A stretch of 59,042 nucleotides of DNA from positions 71,565 through 130,606 of the forward strand of contig PEZT01000001.1 in NCBI GenBank assembly GCA_002773945.1, written 5' to 3'. A model generated the notes under the pieces. The model was not told the origin of the DNA. It did no database searches and saw nothing but the letters and a program-made list of their open reading frames with translations. How positions within the stretch are numbered: the stretch's first letter is position 1; every line of letters starts with the position of its first letter. Position numbers and translations under genes: made by a program. The stretch comes from Candidatus Beckwithbacteria bacterium CG10_big_fil_rev_8_21_14_0_10_34_10 (GTDB taxonomy: Bacteria; Patescibacteriota; Microgenomatia; UBA1400). Below are positions 1 through 9,523 of the stretch, piece after piece.

Positions 1-23
1 TTTATTTATGTCAGTATTAAAGA

Positions 24-644
24 ATGAAACGCCTGTTCATTGTGATTGTTTGGCCCTTATTGTTTTTGCTTACTATTTTTTTAAGCTTTTCTCTACTTAA
101 TTATCGGACTAAATATATTCTAAAACAGGTGTTGGCTGAAGAAAATATCAATAATTTTATTAGTCAGTCTTCTTCAAATTCTTTAATTTCGGTTTTGGGT
201 TTAAAAACAGCCTCCGATAAAGTTTATGATCCAACTTATGAAGTAGTTAATAAATATTTAACAAGCTATAAATCACCCATGGCTGAAGAAAGTGATTATT
301 TAGTTAAATATGCTTTAGATTTTGAAATTGACCCCTACTTAATTGGAGCCATTGCCATGTGTGAGACAAATCTGGGCAAAAAGTCTCCTCCTGATTGTAA
401 TAATCCATTTGGATTGGGAGTTTATGGAAAGAAAACATTATGTTTTGATAGTTGGGCCGATAGCTTTCATTTAATGGCCAAAACATTAAGAATAAAATAT
501 TTTGATAGGGGAATGGAAACCCCTGAAGATATTATGGTGGTTTATTGCCCTCAATCCGTTCAAAAAGATGGTGCTTGGGCAAAATGTGTTAATCGGTTTA
601 GGAATGAGCTTGAAGAGTTGGAAAAGCAAATTACCAACCTATAA
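24..644 (+). CDS. Membrane-anchored lysozyme-like/glucosaminidase-type protein
   Basis: N-terminal TM helix; IDPYLIGAIAMCET, NNPFGLG, FDSWADS and YCP motifs resemble CPR glucosaminidase/lysozyme-like domains. Confidence 0.6.
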   Translation: MKRLFIVIVWPLLFLLTIFLSFSLLNYRTKYILKQVLAEENINNFISQSSSNSLISVLGLKTASDKVYDPTYEVVNKYLTSYKSPMAEESDYLVKYALDFEIDPYLIGAIAMCETNLGKKSPPDCNNPFGLGVYGKKTLCFDSWADSFHLMAKTLRIKYFDRGMETPEDIMVVYCPQSVQKDGAWAKCVNRFRNELEELEKQITNL

Positions 645-653
645 CACAGGTTC

Positions 654-682
654 TTGACATATTATAAGTTGTGTGGTATATT
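654..682 (+). promoter_or_regulatory. Sigma70-type promoter
   Basis: TTGACA (654-659), 17-bp spacer, TG-g-TATATT (-10 at 677-682). Confidence 0.55.
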
Positions 683-691
683 TTTCTCTAG

Positions 692-733
692 ATCCATTGG
701 TAAACCTCACCGGGCTTACTGATGGGTTTTTTT
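692..733 (+). terminator. Intrinsic terminator-like hairpin
   Basis: CCATTGGTAA...TTACTGATGG stem with G-U pairs, followed by a T run. Confidence 0.6.
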
Positions 734-870
734 ATGGGTTTTGTTTGGTTAAACTGGATTAATATAGGATAGTTTATTAATAGAAAAGGGCTTTTGGTCA
801 CTAATTAAGTTTGTAAAAAGCTTTGTATAATTGATTTGTCAAATTCTTTATTTAAAGATAAAATAAAGGA

Positions 871-2250
871 GTGTTTATTAGAAATTTTTTTACCATTATT
901 ATCGCTAAGCTTCTTATTTTTTTTCTTAAGTTAACAAAAACCGGGGGAACGGCTGCCCCGGGTCTTTTAGCTTTAAAATTATCGCCTAATCTTTTAAAGA
1001 AATACTTATCTCAACTTGATTATTCCATTCTTATTTCTGGCACAAATGGAAAGACCACCACTAGTCGGATGCTAAGCAATATCTTAAAAGAAGCAGAAAT
1101 AAAATTTTATCATAACCGGGCTGGTTCAAACCTCCTCCGGGGAATTCTTTCTGAATTATTAAAGAATAGTAATTTAAAAGGTAGGCTTGAAAAAAGAATT
1201 GGCCTATGGGAGATTGATGAAGCAGTTTTACCTCAAGCTATTAAAATTATTAAACCCAAAGTGGTGATCATAAACAACTTGTTTCGGGATCAGTTGGACC
1301 GGTATGGAGAAATTGATACCTTAGCTAAAAAATGGCTTGAGGCTTTAAATAAATTATCTTCTAAAACTACTTTAATTATTAATGCTGATGATCCCACTCT
1401 GGCAAATTTAGGCAAAAAGCTAAAAACCAATGTTATTTTTTATGGGATTAATGATTTAAAAATTGGTGGACAAGAATTAAGTCATGCTTCTGATGCTACT
1501 TTATGTCCTTTATGTTTATTACCCTTAAAGTATCAAGCAGTTTATTTATCTCACCTAGGTAACTACAAATGTTCTTCCTGCGGCTTAACTCAACCCCAAA
1601 AACAAATTAAAGCCTTTAATGTCAACTTTAATCAAAATAGCTATTTAGAGTTTAAAATTGTTGCTGAAAAAAAGGAGTATTTTTTAAAAACCAGGCTAAG
1701 CGGCTTATATAATGTTTATAACTTTTTGGCCGGTTTTGGTGCTAGTCTGACTTTAGGTATTACTCCTCAAATTAGTCTTTCTGCTTTAAAAAAGTTTCAG
1801 CCTGTTTTTGGCCGGACGGAAAAAATTAAAATAAAGAATAAAAGCCTTCAAATTTTGTTAGTTAAAAACCCCACTGGCTTTAATGAAATAATTAAAACTT
1901 TAAATTTATTAACTCAAAATAAAAAAGGCTCTTTACTATTAGTTTTAAATGATTTAATTGCTGACGGCCGGGATGTGTCCTGGATTTGGGATGTAGATTT
2001 TGATAATCTTAAAACAAAAAATTTAAGCAATATCTATGTTTCAGGCATAAGATCAGCTGATTTAGCTTTAAGATTAAAATATTCTTTAGATAAAAAAGTA
2101 ATAATTATTTCTGATTTAAAAAAAGCCATTAGGGGATTACTTAAAGAAAAAGATAACCACCTTTTTATTTTACCCACCTATACAGCCATGCTTAAAACAA
2201 GAAAGATCCTTAACCAAATGAAGTTAACTCATTTAAGTTGGCAAGACTAA
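871..2250 (+). CDS. murT: Lipid II isoglutaminyl synthase subunit MurT (Mur ligase + DUF1727)
   Basis: SGTNGKTTT P-loop, NLFRDQLDRYGE, CPLC..CSSC zinc finger, LVKNPTG, DGRDVSWIWD, LPTYTAML. Confidence 0.93.
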   Translation: MFIRNFFTIIIAKLLIFFLKLTKTGGTAAPGLLALKLSPNLLKKYLSQLDYSILISGTNGKTTTSRMLSNILKEAEIKFYHNRAGSNLLRGILSELLKNSNLKGRLEKRIGLWEIDEAVLPQAIKIIKPKVVIINNLFRDQLDRYGEIDTLAKKWLEALNKLSSKTTLIINADDPTLANLGKKLKTNVIFYGINDLKIGGQELSHASDATLCPLCLLPLKYQAVYLSHLGNYKCSSCGLTQPQKQIKAFNVNFNQNSYLEFKIVAEKKEYFLKTRLSGLYNVYNFLAGFGASLTLGITPQISLSALKKFQPVFGRTEKIKIKNKSLQILLVKNPTGFNEIIKTLNLLTQNKKGSLLLVLNDLIADGRDVSWIWDVDFDNLKTKNLSNIYVSGIRSADLALRLKYSLDKKVIIISDLKKAIRGLLKEKDNHLFILPTYTAMLKTRKILNQMKLTHLSWQD

Positions 2251-2276
2251 AATATTTATTTAATAAATAAAAAACA

Positions 2277-3044
2277 ATGAAAATCAAAATTGGTCATCTT
2301 TATCCAGATTTACTAAACATTTATGGTGACCGGGGAAATATTATCTGTCTAAAAAAAAGGTGTTTATTAAGAAATATAAAAGTAGAGGTTATTTCAGTTT
2401 CTCCAGGGGATTCAATTAAAGAAAAAGAGTTTGACTTGTTTTTTGGCGGCGGCGGTCAAGACAGACAACAGGAAATTGTCGCCAATGATTTACAAAAAAA
2501 AGGTGGAATTTTAAAAGCTGAAGCTAAAAGGGGAGTCCCCATGCTAACTATCTGCGGCACTTATCAGCTTTTTGGCCACTATTTTAAAACCCATGACGGT
2601 AAAAAAATTCCCGGAATATCTTTATTTGACTTAAAAACCATTGCTAGTTTTAAAAGAAAAATAGGGAATATTAGAATAAATATTAACAAAAAGGCTATAA
2701 ATATTGACCAAAATATTTCTAAAAAACTTGTTGGCTTTGAAAATCATTCAGGCAATACTTATATAACTAATATTTCTCAACAAAAGGAAAAAAATAAAAC
2801 TTTTACCTTAGGAAAGGTAGAAAAAGGTTTTGGTAATAATGGTGAAGATAAAACAGAAGGAGCAGTCTTTAAAAATGTTATTGGCTGCTATTTACATGGA
2901 CCAGTTCTACCTAAAAATCCCCATCTAGCTGATTTTCTAATTAAAAAGGCCTTAGAAATTAAATATGGAAATAAAATAAAGTTAAAGGAACTAGATGATA
3001 ATCTAGAATGGTTGACTCATCGGAAGGCTTTAAGGTTTAAATAA
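2277..3044 (+). CDS. gatD: Glutamine amidotransferase GatD (CobQ-like)
   Basis: LNIYGDRGN, GGGQD, ICGTYQL, GFENH, YLHGPVLPKNP; adjacent to murT. Confidence 0.93.
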   Translation: MKIKIGHLYPDLLNIYGDRGNIICLKKRCLLRNIKVEVISVSPGDSIKEKEFDLFFGGGGQDRQQEIVANDLQKKGGILKAEAKRGVPMLTICGTYQLFGHYFKTHDGKKIPGISLFDLKTIASFKRKIGNIRININKKAINIDQNISKKLVGFENHSGNTYITNISQQKEKNKTFTLGKVEKGFGNNGEDKTEGAVFKNVIGCYLHGPVLPKNPHLADFLIKKALEIKYGNKIKLKELDDNLEWLTHRKALRFK

Positions 3045-3116
3045 ACGTAAAAAGACTGTTTTACATTCTTTAAATATTTGGTAAAATACAATTATTAAAA
3101 ATTTATAAAAATTAAA

Positions 3117-3257
3117 ATGTCTGATTCTGAAAAAGAATTACCCAAAGGTTGTGATTTAGGTTGGTCGCTTGAGGAAACTAAAATACCTATAAAAATTGTA
3201 GGTCCACAAGAACCAAACGAACCAGTACAACCAGAACCTCTACAAGCAGAAGAATGA
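3117..3257 (+). CDS. Putative 46-aa acidic microprotein (not in ORF track)
   Basis: Read by hand: MSDSEKELPKGCDLGWSLEETKIPIKIVGPQEPNEPVQPEPLQAEE*; TG-g-TAAAAT upstream; fills the gap between gatD and the tRNA. Confidence 0.45.
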   Translation: MSDSEKELPKGCDLGWSLEETKIPIKIVGPQEPNEPVQPEPLQAEE

Positions 3258-3261
3258 TAGA

Positions 3262-3345
3262 GCCGCGGTGCTGGAATTGGTAGACAGGCACGGCTTAGAA
3301 CCGTGTGTCTTTGACGTGAGAGTTCGAGTCTCTCCCGCGGCACCA
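3262..3345 (+). tRNA. tRNA-Leu(TAG)
   Basis: GCCGCGG acceptor stem, anticodon arm CACGG-CTTAGAA-CCGTG, long variable arm, GTTCGAGTC, encoded CCA. Confidence 0.96.
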
Positions 3346-3355
3346 AGGATTAAAG

Positions 3356-4441
3356 ATGATAAAAAACACAACTAAAAAAATATTTGAATTAATAAAAAAA
3401 AGAAAAATTCTTTTTATAGCTCTGTTTTTTATAATAGGCGGAGTTTTTTTTGGGAGCCGGAGTTTAGCTTCTAAAAACGCTCCTAGCTATGACGTGGCTC
3501 CGGTTCAAAAACAAGACTTATCTTTAACTATTTCTGCTTCAGGGAAAGTTAAATCCGAAGAAGAAGTGACTTTAAAATTTCAAACTTCTGGTAGTTTATC
3601 GTGGGTAGGAGTTAAAAAAGGAGATCGGGTTACAAAATGGCAGGCAATCGCTTCTTTAGACCGTCGGGAATTGGAAAAAAAACTAAAACAAGAACTCTTA
3701 GACTATATGAACGAGAGATGGGATCATGAGCAAATTATGCTGGATGATTATCGGGATATTGCTTTAACTGAAACCATAAGAAGAGTAAAAGAAAAGTCTC
3801 AGTTTGATTTAGACAGGGTAGTTTTAGATGTAGAAATAGCGGATATTGCTTTAAAATATTCTACTCTGATCAGTCCCATTGATGGCTTGGTAATTGATAT
3901 TGATACTCCTCATCCGGGCACTAATATTACCCCTACCACTGGCCAATTTTATCTTGCTAACCCAGATAAAATGTATTTTTCAGCTAATGTGGATGAAGCT
4001 GACATTGGTTTAATTAAAGAAAATCAATTAGCAACTTTAATTTTAGATGCTTATCCTGAAGAAGAAATTACTTCTTATGTTCAAGACGTTGAATTTACTT
4101 CAACGGTTACTTCAGGCGGCGGAACCGCTTATGCAGTTAAGTTTGCCTTGCCTAACTCAACAGAAGAAGAAAAATTTAAGCTGGGAATGAATGGTGATGT
4201 AGAAATCTTTATTGAAAAAAGAGAAAATGTTTTAGCGATTCCTTTTGAAGCTGTTCAAGAAAATGAAAATGGCAAATATGTTTTTCTTAAAACTGAAAAT
4301 GGATTTGAGCAAAAAGAAATAAAAGTTGGTTTTAGTAATGATATCTATACTCAGATTTTAGAGGGTCTTAGTGAGGATGATGAAATTGCTATTTCTGGAT
4401 TCAAAGAATTGGAAAGAAAATTAGGCAAAAGTGAAAGATAA
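3356..4441 (+). CDS. MacA/HlyD-like periplasmic adaptor subunit
   Basis: N-terminal TM, VKKGDRV lipoyl motif, SPIDGLV, VDEADIG, LAIP, VGFSND, GLSEDDEI. Confidence 0.88.
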   Translation: MIKNTTKKIFELIKKRKILFIALFFIIGGVFFGSRSLASKNAPSYDVAPVQKQDLSLTISASGKVKSEEEVTLKFQTSGSLSWVGVKKGDRVTKWQAIASLDRRELEKKLKQELLDYMNERWDHEQIMLDDYRDIALTETIRRVKEKSQFDLDRVVLDVEIADIALKYSTLISPIDGLVIDIDTPHPGTNITPTTGQFYLANPDKMYFSANVDEADIGLIKENQLATLILDAYPEEEITSYVQDVEFTSTVTSGGGTAYAVKFALPNSTEEEKFKLGMNGDVEIFIEKRENVLAIPFEAVQENENGKYVFLKTENGFEQKEIKVGFSNDIYTQILEGLSEDDEIAISGFKELERKLGKSER

Positions 4442-5114
4442 AATAGTTGTCAAAGTCTCCGATGTTAAAAAGTACTTTCCTTTGGATGGGGTGACAGTTA
4501 AAGCGCTTAAATCCTGCAATCTTAATATTGCTCAAGGAGAAATGGTTAGTATTATGGGGCCTTCTGGTTCGGGCAAATCTACTTTAATGAATTTAATTGG
4601 TTGTCTGGATAAACCAACTGAAGGCAAAATATCTATAAATAAAAGAGGAACAGAAAACTTAGAGGCTGATGATTTAGCTCAAATTAGGAATGAAGAAATT
4701 GGTTTTGTTTTTCAAAACTTTAACCTGCTCCCTCGAATGACAGCTTTGGATAATGTTGAACTACCATTAATTTATGCAGGGATAAAAAGAAATAGAAGAA
4801 GAAAAATTGCTCAGGAAAAACTAGAAGCGGTTGGTTTGGCTAATCGACTTCACCATTATCCTAATCAATTATCAGGTGGTCAGCAGCAACGGGTAGCCAT
4901 AGCCAGAGCCTTAGTAAACAATCCTAAAATTATTATTGCCGACGAACCAACCGGAAACCTGGACACTAAAGCAGGAATGGAAATTATGAAAATCTTAAAA
5001 AATCTTCATCGTCAGGGAAATACCATTATTATTGTGACTCATGATCTTTATATTGCCAAGAAAAGTCAAAGAATTATTAAACTAAAAGATGGAGTCATAG
5101 ACAATGGAATTTGA
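4431..5114 (+). CDS. ABC transporter ATP-binding protein (MacB/LolD-like)
   Basis: GPSGSGKST, LSGGQQQRVAIARA, ADEPTGNLD, VTHD. Confidence 0.93.
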   Translation: MKDKIVVKVSDVKKYFPLDGVTVKALKSCNLNIAQGEMVSIMGPSGSGKSTLMNLIGCLDKPTEGKISINKRGTENLEADDLAQIRNEEIGFVFQNFNLLPRMTALDNVELPLIYAGIKRNRRRKIAQEKLEAVGLANRLHHYPNQLSGGQQQRVAIARALVNNPKIIIADEPTGNLDTKAGMEIMKILKNLHRQGNTIIIVTHDLYIAKKSQRIIKLKDGVIDNGI

Positions 5115-6309
5115 AGAAACATTTAGACTAGCTTTAAATTCATTAAAAAGCAATAAGATTCGTTCTTTATTAACTATGCTTGGTATAATTATCGGAGTAG
5201 CATCGGTAATTTTATTGGTTTCTATCGGTTCTGGCCTTCAGTCTTATATCTCTCAACAATTTGAAGAATTAGGGGCAAACTTAATTATGGTTATGCCCGG
5301 TAAGGTTCAGTTTTCTGATGAGGGAGGCAGAGAGGGTGGACCTCCTGGAGCAGTTAATAACAAGTTAACTCTAAAAACAGTTAGAACTCTAGAAAAAGAA
5401 GGCCAATATGTTAAAAGTGTTCTTCCTATTGTTACCAAGTCTTTAGTAGCAAAATTTGGCCGAGAATCTCACCAAACCGGGATTGTAGCTTCCACGGAAA
5501 AATATATTTCTATCAGAAAACAAGATCTTGCTGAAGGCAGTAATTTTACTAAGGCTGATATTTCTAGAGGAAAGAGAGTCGCTATTTTGGGTCCAACTCT
5601 AAAGGAAGAAATATTTGGTGATCAAGAATCTTTAGGAAAAAAAATAATGTTGGGAGACGCTCGCTACACGGTTATTGGTATTTTTACAGAAAAAGGGGCT
5701 GCTTTTGGCCAAGATCAAGATGACATGGCCTTAATTCCTATTACGGCTGCCAGTAAACAATTTAATATTGAAAATCTGGCATATATATATGTTGAATCAC
5801 CGACGGCTGATGACACTGTTAAAACAGCCGCTGAGGTGGAAAAAATTCTTTTAAAAGAAATGGATGAAGAAGATTTTACGGTTATGGATAGCAAGGATCT
5901 TCTCTCCAGCATTACCCAGATATTAGGGGTCTTAACGGTCGCTTTAGGTGGGATAGCAGGCATTTCTTTATTGGTTGGAGGTATTGGAATTATGAATATT
6001 ATGTTGGTTTCTGTCACCGAAAGAACCAAAGAAATTGGATTAAGAAAAGCTGTTGGCGCTAAAGAAAAGGATATTTTAACTCAGTTTATTATTGAAGCGG
6101 TTTTCTTAAGCATTACTGGTGGTCTAATCGGGATAATCATAGGCTACCTTGGCTCGGCAATATTAGGCAATTTCTTGAAAACAGCGGTTACTCCTTGGTC
6201 CATTGGTTTAGCTTTTGGAGTCTCAGCCGCTATTGGGACTGTTTTTGGAGTCGCTCCAGCTGCTAAAGCCAGTAAATTAGACCCCATTGAAGCTTTAAGA
6301 TATGAATAA
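5104..6309 (+). CDS. ABC transporter permease (MacB/FtsX-like)
   Basis: RSLLTMLGIIIGV, VGGIGIMNIMLVSVTERTKEIGLRKAVGA, LDPIEALRYE. Confidence 0.93.
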   Translation: MEFEETFRLALNSLKSNKIRSLLTMLGIIIGVASVILLVSIGSGLQSYISQQFEELGANLIMVMPGKVQFSDEGGREGGPPGAVNNKLTLKTVRTLEKEGQYVKSVLPIVTKSLVAKFGRESHQTGIVASTEKYISIRKQDLAEGSNFTKADISRGKRVAILGPTLKEEIFGDQESLGKKIMLGDARYTVIGIFTEKGAAFGQDQDDMALIPITAASKQFNIENLAYIYVESPTADDTVKTAAEVEKILLKEMDEEDFTVMDSKDLLSSITQILGVLTVALGGIAGISLLVGGIGIMNIMLVSVTERTKEIGLRKAVGAKEKDILTQFIIEAVFLSITGGLIGIIIGYLGSAILGNFLKTAVTPWSIGLAFGVSAAIGTVFGVAPAAKASKLDPIEALRYE

Positions 6310-6407
6310 AAGAAAAATGAAGAAAGTCTTTCGTTTACCTGATGTTTTCAAAAGGCGAATAAGGCACAGGATTGCAAAAATTAAAATTAATGATAAAATT
6401 GGAGAAT

Positions 6408-7337
6408 ATGGCTACAAAAACAAAAGCTAAATCAAAAAGAGCTAAAAAAAGTACTCCTAAAAACAAGTCTGAATCTTTAAAAGGTAAATTAACTTGGCTA
6501 CCTAAAAAAACTTTTGAGCTGGAGTTTACTATTCCCTGGAAAAAGGTCAGTCTCACTTATTCTAAAGTTTTAAGCGAAATCGCTAAAAAAGCAGAAATTA
6601 AAGGTTTTAGAAAGGGAAAAGCGCCAATTAAATTGGTTGAAAAAAGCCTGGATAAACAAACTTTATATCGGCAAGTTTTAGAAAAGCTATTGCCTGAAAC
6701 CTATCAGGAAGAAGTTAAAAAGCATAATTTAAGACCCATTTTAAGCCCTAAAGTTACCCCTCTTTCCTCAGATGAAAATAAAGACTGGACTTTTAAAGCT
6801 CAATCATGCGAAATGCCAGAAGTTAAACTAGGTAATTATGAAAAAGAAATTAGAGGTGTTGGCGCTAAAGCGAAAATTTGGACCCCGGACAAAGGAAAAG
6901 AAGATCTTTCGAATCAAAAGAAAAACTACGATGAACGGTTAAAACTGGTAACAAAAACTTTAATGAAAGAGGTTAAAACAGAAATCTCTAATCTTATTAT
7001 TGAAGATGAAGTCAATAGAATGCTGTCTCGGCTTTTGGATCAGGTAAATAAACTAGGAATGACAATTGATCAATACTTAACCTCTAAGGGTTCTTCAATT
7101 CAAAAATTAAGAGAAGAGTATCAGGAACAGGCCGACAAAACTCTAAAAATGGAGTTCACTCTCCAAGCAATTGTTAATGCTCGCCAAATTAAGGTCGAGT
7201 CAAAAGAAATTGAAATGATGATTCAAGCTACTCCGGATAAGAAAATCCAAGAAAAATTAAACACCCCCATGCAAAAAGCCTATATTGCTGCAATTCTCGC
7301 CAAAAGAAAAGCCCTTGACTACCTTATGAGCCTATAG
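6408..7337 (+). CDS. tig: Trigger factor, apparently lacking the PPIase domain
   Basis: GFRKGKAP ribosome-binding motif; start moved to ATG 6408 after GGAG; length too short for an FKBP domain. Confidence 0.85.
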   Translation: MATKTKAKSKRAKKSTPKNKSESLKGKLTWLPKKTFELEFTIPWKKVSLTYSKVLSEIAKKAEIKGFRKGKAPIKLVEKSLDKQTLYRQVLEKLLPETYQEEVKKHNLRPILSPKVTPLSSDENKDWTFKAQSCEMPEVKLGNYEKEIRGVGAKAKIWTPDKGKEDLSNQKKNYDERLKLVTKTLMKEVKTEISNLIIEDEVNRMLSRLLDQVNKLGMTIDQYLTSKGSSIQKLREEYQEQADKTLKMEFTLQAIVNARQIKVESKEIEMMIQATPDKKIQEKLNTPMQKAYIAAILAKRKALDYLMSL

Positions 7338-7351
7338 TAACATTAGGTTAT

Positions 7352-8002
7352 ATGGATTCAATTAATATCTTTTCTTCATCTTCTAAGAAAAAAAAAGGCT
7401 CTCACCAGCCGGTTTCTTTTATTGAGGCTTTAAAAGACATTGGCTCCTCAGTTCAAAAACAAGCTAAAGATGCAACTATTGGTACTGGTAAAGCCATGGC
7501 CGACCAGCTTCTGGGCGGAAATAAGAATTCTGACCAGGTCGGTGATTCAGGCGAACTCCAACCTGAAACACCTTTTAACTTTGAAGACTATTTAAAATCC
7601 CGAGAAAAACAAATAGAACAAGTCCAAAAGCAAAAATTTGAAAGTCGAATCCAAGAAGAAAGATTAGTCTTTCACCGAAAAGAAGAAGAAGCTAAGCTAG
7701 AGATAAAAGCGGTTCAAGAAGAATTGAAAAAACTGGCTGAATCTACCGAAGGTTTATCAGTAGAAATTAAAAAAGCCACTTTTACAGCCACTGTTAATCC
7801 TGGTACTTATCATGAAAACTTTTTTAGCCGAATTAAAAGACTGATTCAACTGGCGCGGAAAAAACTGGTTGAATCTCAAACTTGGTTAGAAAGCTTTAAT
7901 TACCGATCTCAAAGAAAATCAGCTTACTGGGGTGGAGTGAAAAAATCAGGGACTAAATTTATGCTTTCTCAAGAAAGATATACCGCCACTAAAACTGGAT
8001 AA
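7352..8002 (+). CDS. CPR conserved protein (DUF5660-like)
   Basis: NPGTYHENFF and C-terminal YW..VKKSGTKFMLSQERYTAT resemble the family as recalled. Confidence 0.6.
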   Translation: MDSINIFSSSSKKKKGSHQPVSFIEALKDIGSSVQKQAKDATIGTGKAMADQLLGGNKNSDQVGDSGELQPETPFNFEDYLKSREKQIEQVQKQKFESRIQEERLVFHRKEEEAKLEIKAVQEELKKLAESTEGLSVEIKKATFTATVNPGTYHENFFSRIKRLIQLARKKLVESQTWLESFNYRSQRKSAYWGGVKKSGTKFMLSQERYTATKTG

Positions 8003-8009
8003 TTGCCTC

Positions 8010-8038
8010 TTGACAGAAAAAGGATAAATGTCTAGTAT
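8010..8038 (+). promoter_or_regulatory. Sigma70-type promoter for leader/attenuator 1
   Basis: TTGACA (8010-8015), 17 bp, TAGTAT (8033-8038); ATG at 8048. Confidence 0.7.
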
Positions 8039-8047
8039 ATTAAAGTT

Positions 8048-8143
8048 ATGAATAACATTCTCTTATCAACCCAAATTATTAGAAACTTTCATGTCCTTTT
8101 CCTTATTTGGAAGAAAGGCAATGGTTTGGGAGGATTAAAGTAA
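8048..8143 (+). CDS. Putative attenuation leader peptide, 31 aa, Ile/Leu-rich
   Basis: MNNILLSTQIIRNFHVLFLIWKKGNGLGGLK*; its 3' part contains GTTTGGGAGG, the exact complement of 8171-8180. Confidence 0.65.
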   Translation: MNNILLSTQIIRNFHVLFLIWKKGNGLGGLK

Positions 8144-8167
8144 GTTAAAAACAAAAAAATATTTAGT

Positions 8168-8194
8168 AAACCTCCCAAACAAGGGAGGTTTTTT
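8168..8194 (+). terminator. Attenuator terminator 1
   Basis: AAACCTCCC-AAACAA-GGGAGGTTT followed by TTT. Confidence 0.8.
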
Positions 8195-8219
8195 AATGCC
8201 AAAAAGGAGGTGATAATTA

Positions 8220-8435
8220 ATGAATCCTCATGAAGACTATCCAAAAAAACAAAATAGCAACTTGTTCCCAGACATGGATGAAGTTGCTAGAAGATTAGGC
8301 TTTAGCTTAAGTGATCAAAGTCCAGTTATGTGTGGCCCTAATTGCGGCCAAGATTATGATCGAGTAAGTGTTGATGTTCAACCAAGGGGTGAACAATTTA
8401 ATTATGTTGGCAATGGAATACCAGACTTAGCTTAA
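8220..8435 (+). CDS. Hypothetical 71-aa protein
   Basis: Strong SD AAGGAGGTGA; lies between attenuator 1 and the M20 peptidase. Confidence 0.6.
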   Translation: MNPHEDYPKKQNSNLFPDMDEVARRLGFSLSDQSPVMCGPNCGQDYDRVSVDVQPRGEQFNYVGNGIPDLA

Positions 8436-8453
8436 ATATGATATTTTAAAATT

Positions 8454-9518
8454 ATGCTTAATATTACTAAAAATTTAATAAAGTTTGAGTCAGATAAAGA
8501 TCATCCTAAAGAAATTAAAAAGTGTTTTAACTATTCTATTAAACTGCTTTCAAAAAGTGGCTTAAAAGTAAAAACATATTCTTCTAAAGGAAAACTGTCT
8601 TTAGTGGCTGGGAAAAAGATTAAAAAACACTATCAGTATATTCTAAATGGCCATTTAGATGTGGTCCCTGGAGATTATAAGAATGCCTTTAAACCTTACC
8701 TTAAAGGAAGCCGGCTTTATGGTCGAGGCGCTTCTGATATGAAAGGGCCTGTTGGAGCCATGATTAAACTAATGTTAAATCCAGGTCTTAAAGATATTGA
8801 TCTGGGTTTAATCCTAAACACAGATGAAGAGGTTGGTGGATTTGATGGGGCAAACTACTTAGTTAACCAAGGCTATACAGCTGATTGTGTTATTGTTCCT
8901 GATGGGGGAGATAACTTTAATTTAACTTTAGCTGAAAAAGGAGTCCTTCATCTTAAAATTTTGGCTCAGGGAAAATCAGCTCATGCTAGCCGTCCCTGGG
9001 AAGGAGATAATAGTCTGGAAAAGTTATTTATAATATATGAAAAAATTAAAAGAAAGGTTCCTGATACTACTTCTTCTAATCGCTGGTTAGAAACGGTTAA
9101 TTTGGGAAAAATATCAGGGGGATTAGCAGCTAATGTTGTTCCTTCTAAGGCAGAAATGATTTTAGATTTTCGTTATCCTAAAAAGGTCCAAAGAAAGCAA
9201 ATTTTAAACCTATTAAAAAGTGTTTGTCAAAAAGAAACAGGAGTTACATTTAAGATTTTATCTGATGGTCAAACAATGAACACTTCTAAAAACAACAAGT
9301 ATATTAAAAAAATCATTAAGGTGGCAAAGGAAAATAAGGTAAGTTTGAAATTAAATAAAGATCACGGTGCTTCTGACGGTCGATTTTTTTCCGCTAAGGG
9401 AATACCTGTTATAATGTTTAAACCTACTTGCAGTTCAATCCATATAGACGATGAATGGATTGACTTAAAAAGCCTAGAAATATTTTATAGAATTTTAAAA
9501 AGGTTTATGTTAAAATAA
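8454..9518 (+). CDS. M20 family metallo-hydrolase (ArgE/DapE-like)
   Basis: GHLDVVP, LYGRGASDMKG, DEEVGG, GKSAHASRPWEG, GASDGR, H.DDEWI. Confidence 0.9.
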   Translation: MLNITKNLIKFESDKDHPKEIKKCFNYSIKLLSKSGLKVKTYSSKGKLSLVAGKKIKKHYQYILNGHLDVVPGDYKNAFKPYLKGSRLYGRGASDMKGPVGAMIKLMLNPGLKDIDLGLILNTDEEVGGFDGANYLVNQGYTADCVIVPDGGDNFNLTLAEKGVLHLKILAQGKSAHASRPWEGDNSLEKLFIIYEKIKRKVPDTTSSNRWLETVNLGKISGGLAANVVPSKAEMILDFRYPKKVQRKQILNLLKSVCQKETGVTFKILSDGQTMNTSKNNKYIKKIIKVAKENKVSLKLNKDHGASDGRFFSAKGIPVIMFKPTCSSIHIDDEWIDLKSLEIFYRILKRFMLK

Positions 9519-9523
9519 TTTAA

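Noticed and set aside
3095-3346. 83-aa minus-strand ORF
   Set aside because: Antisense shadow of tRNA-Leu and the small plus-strand ORF
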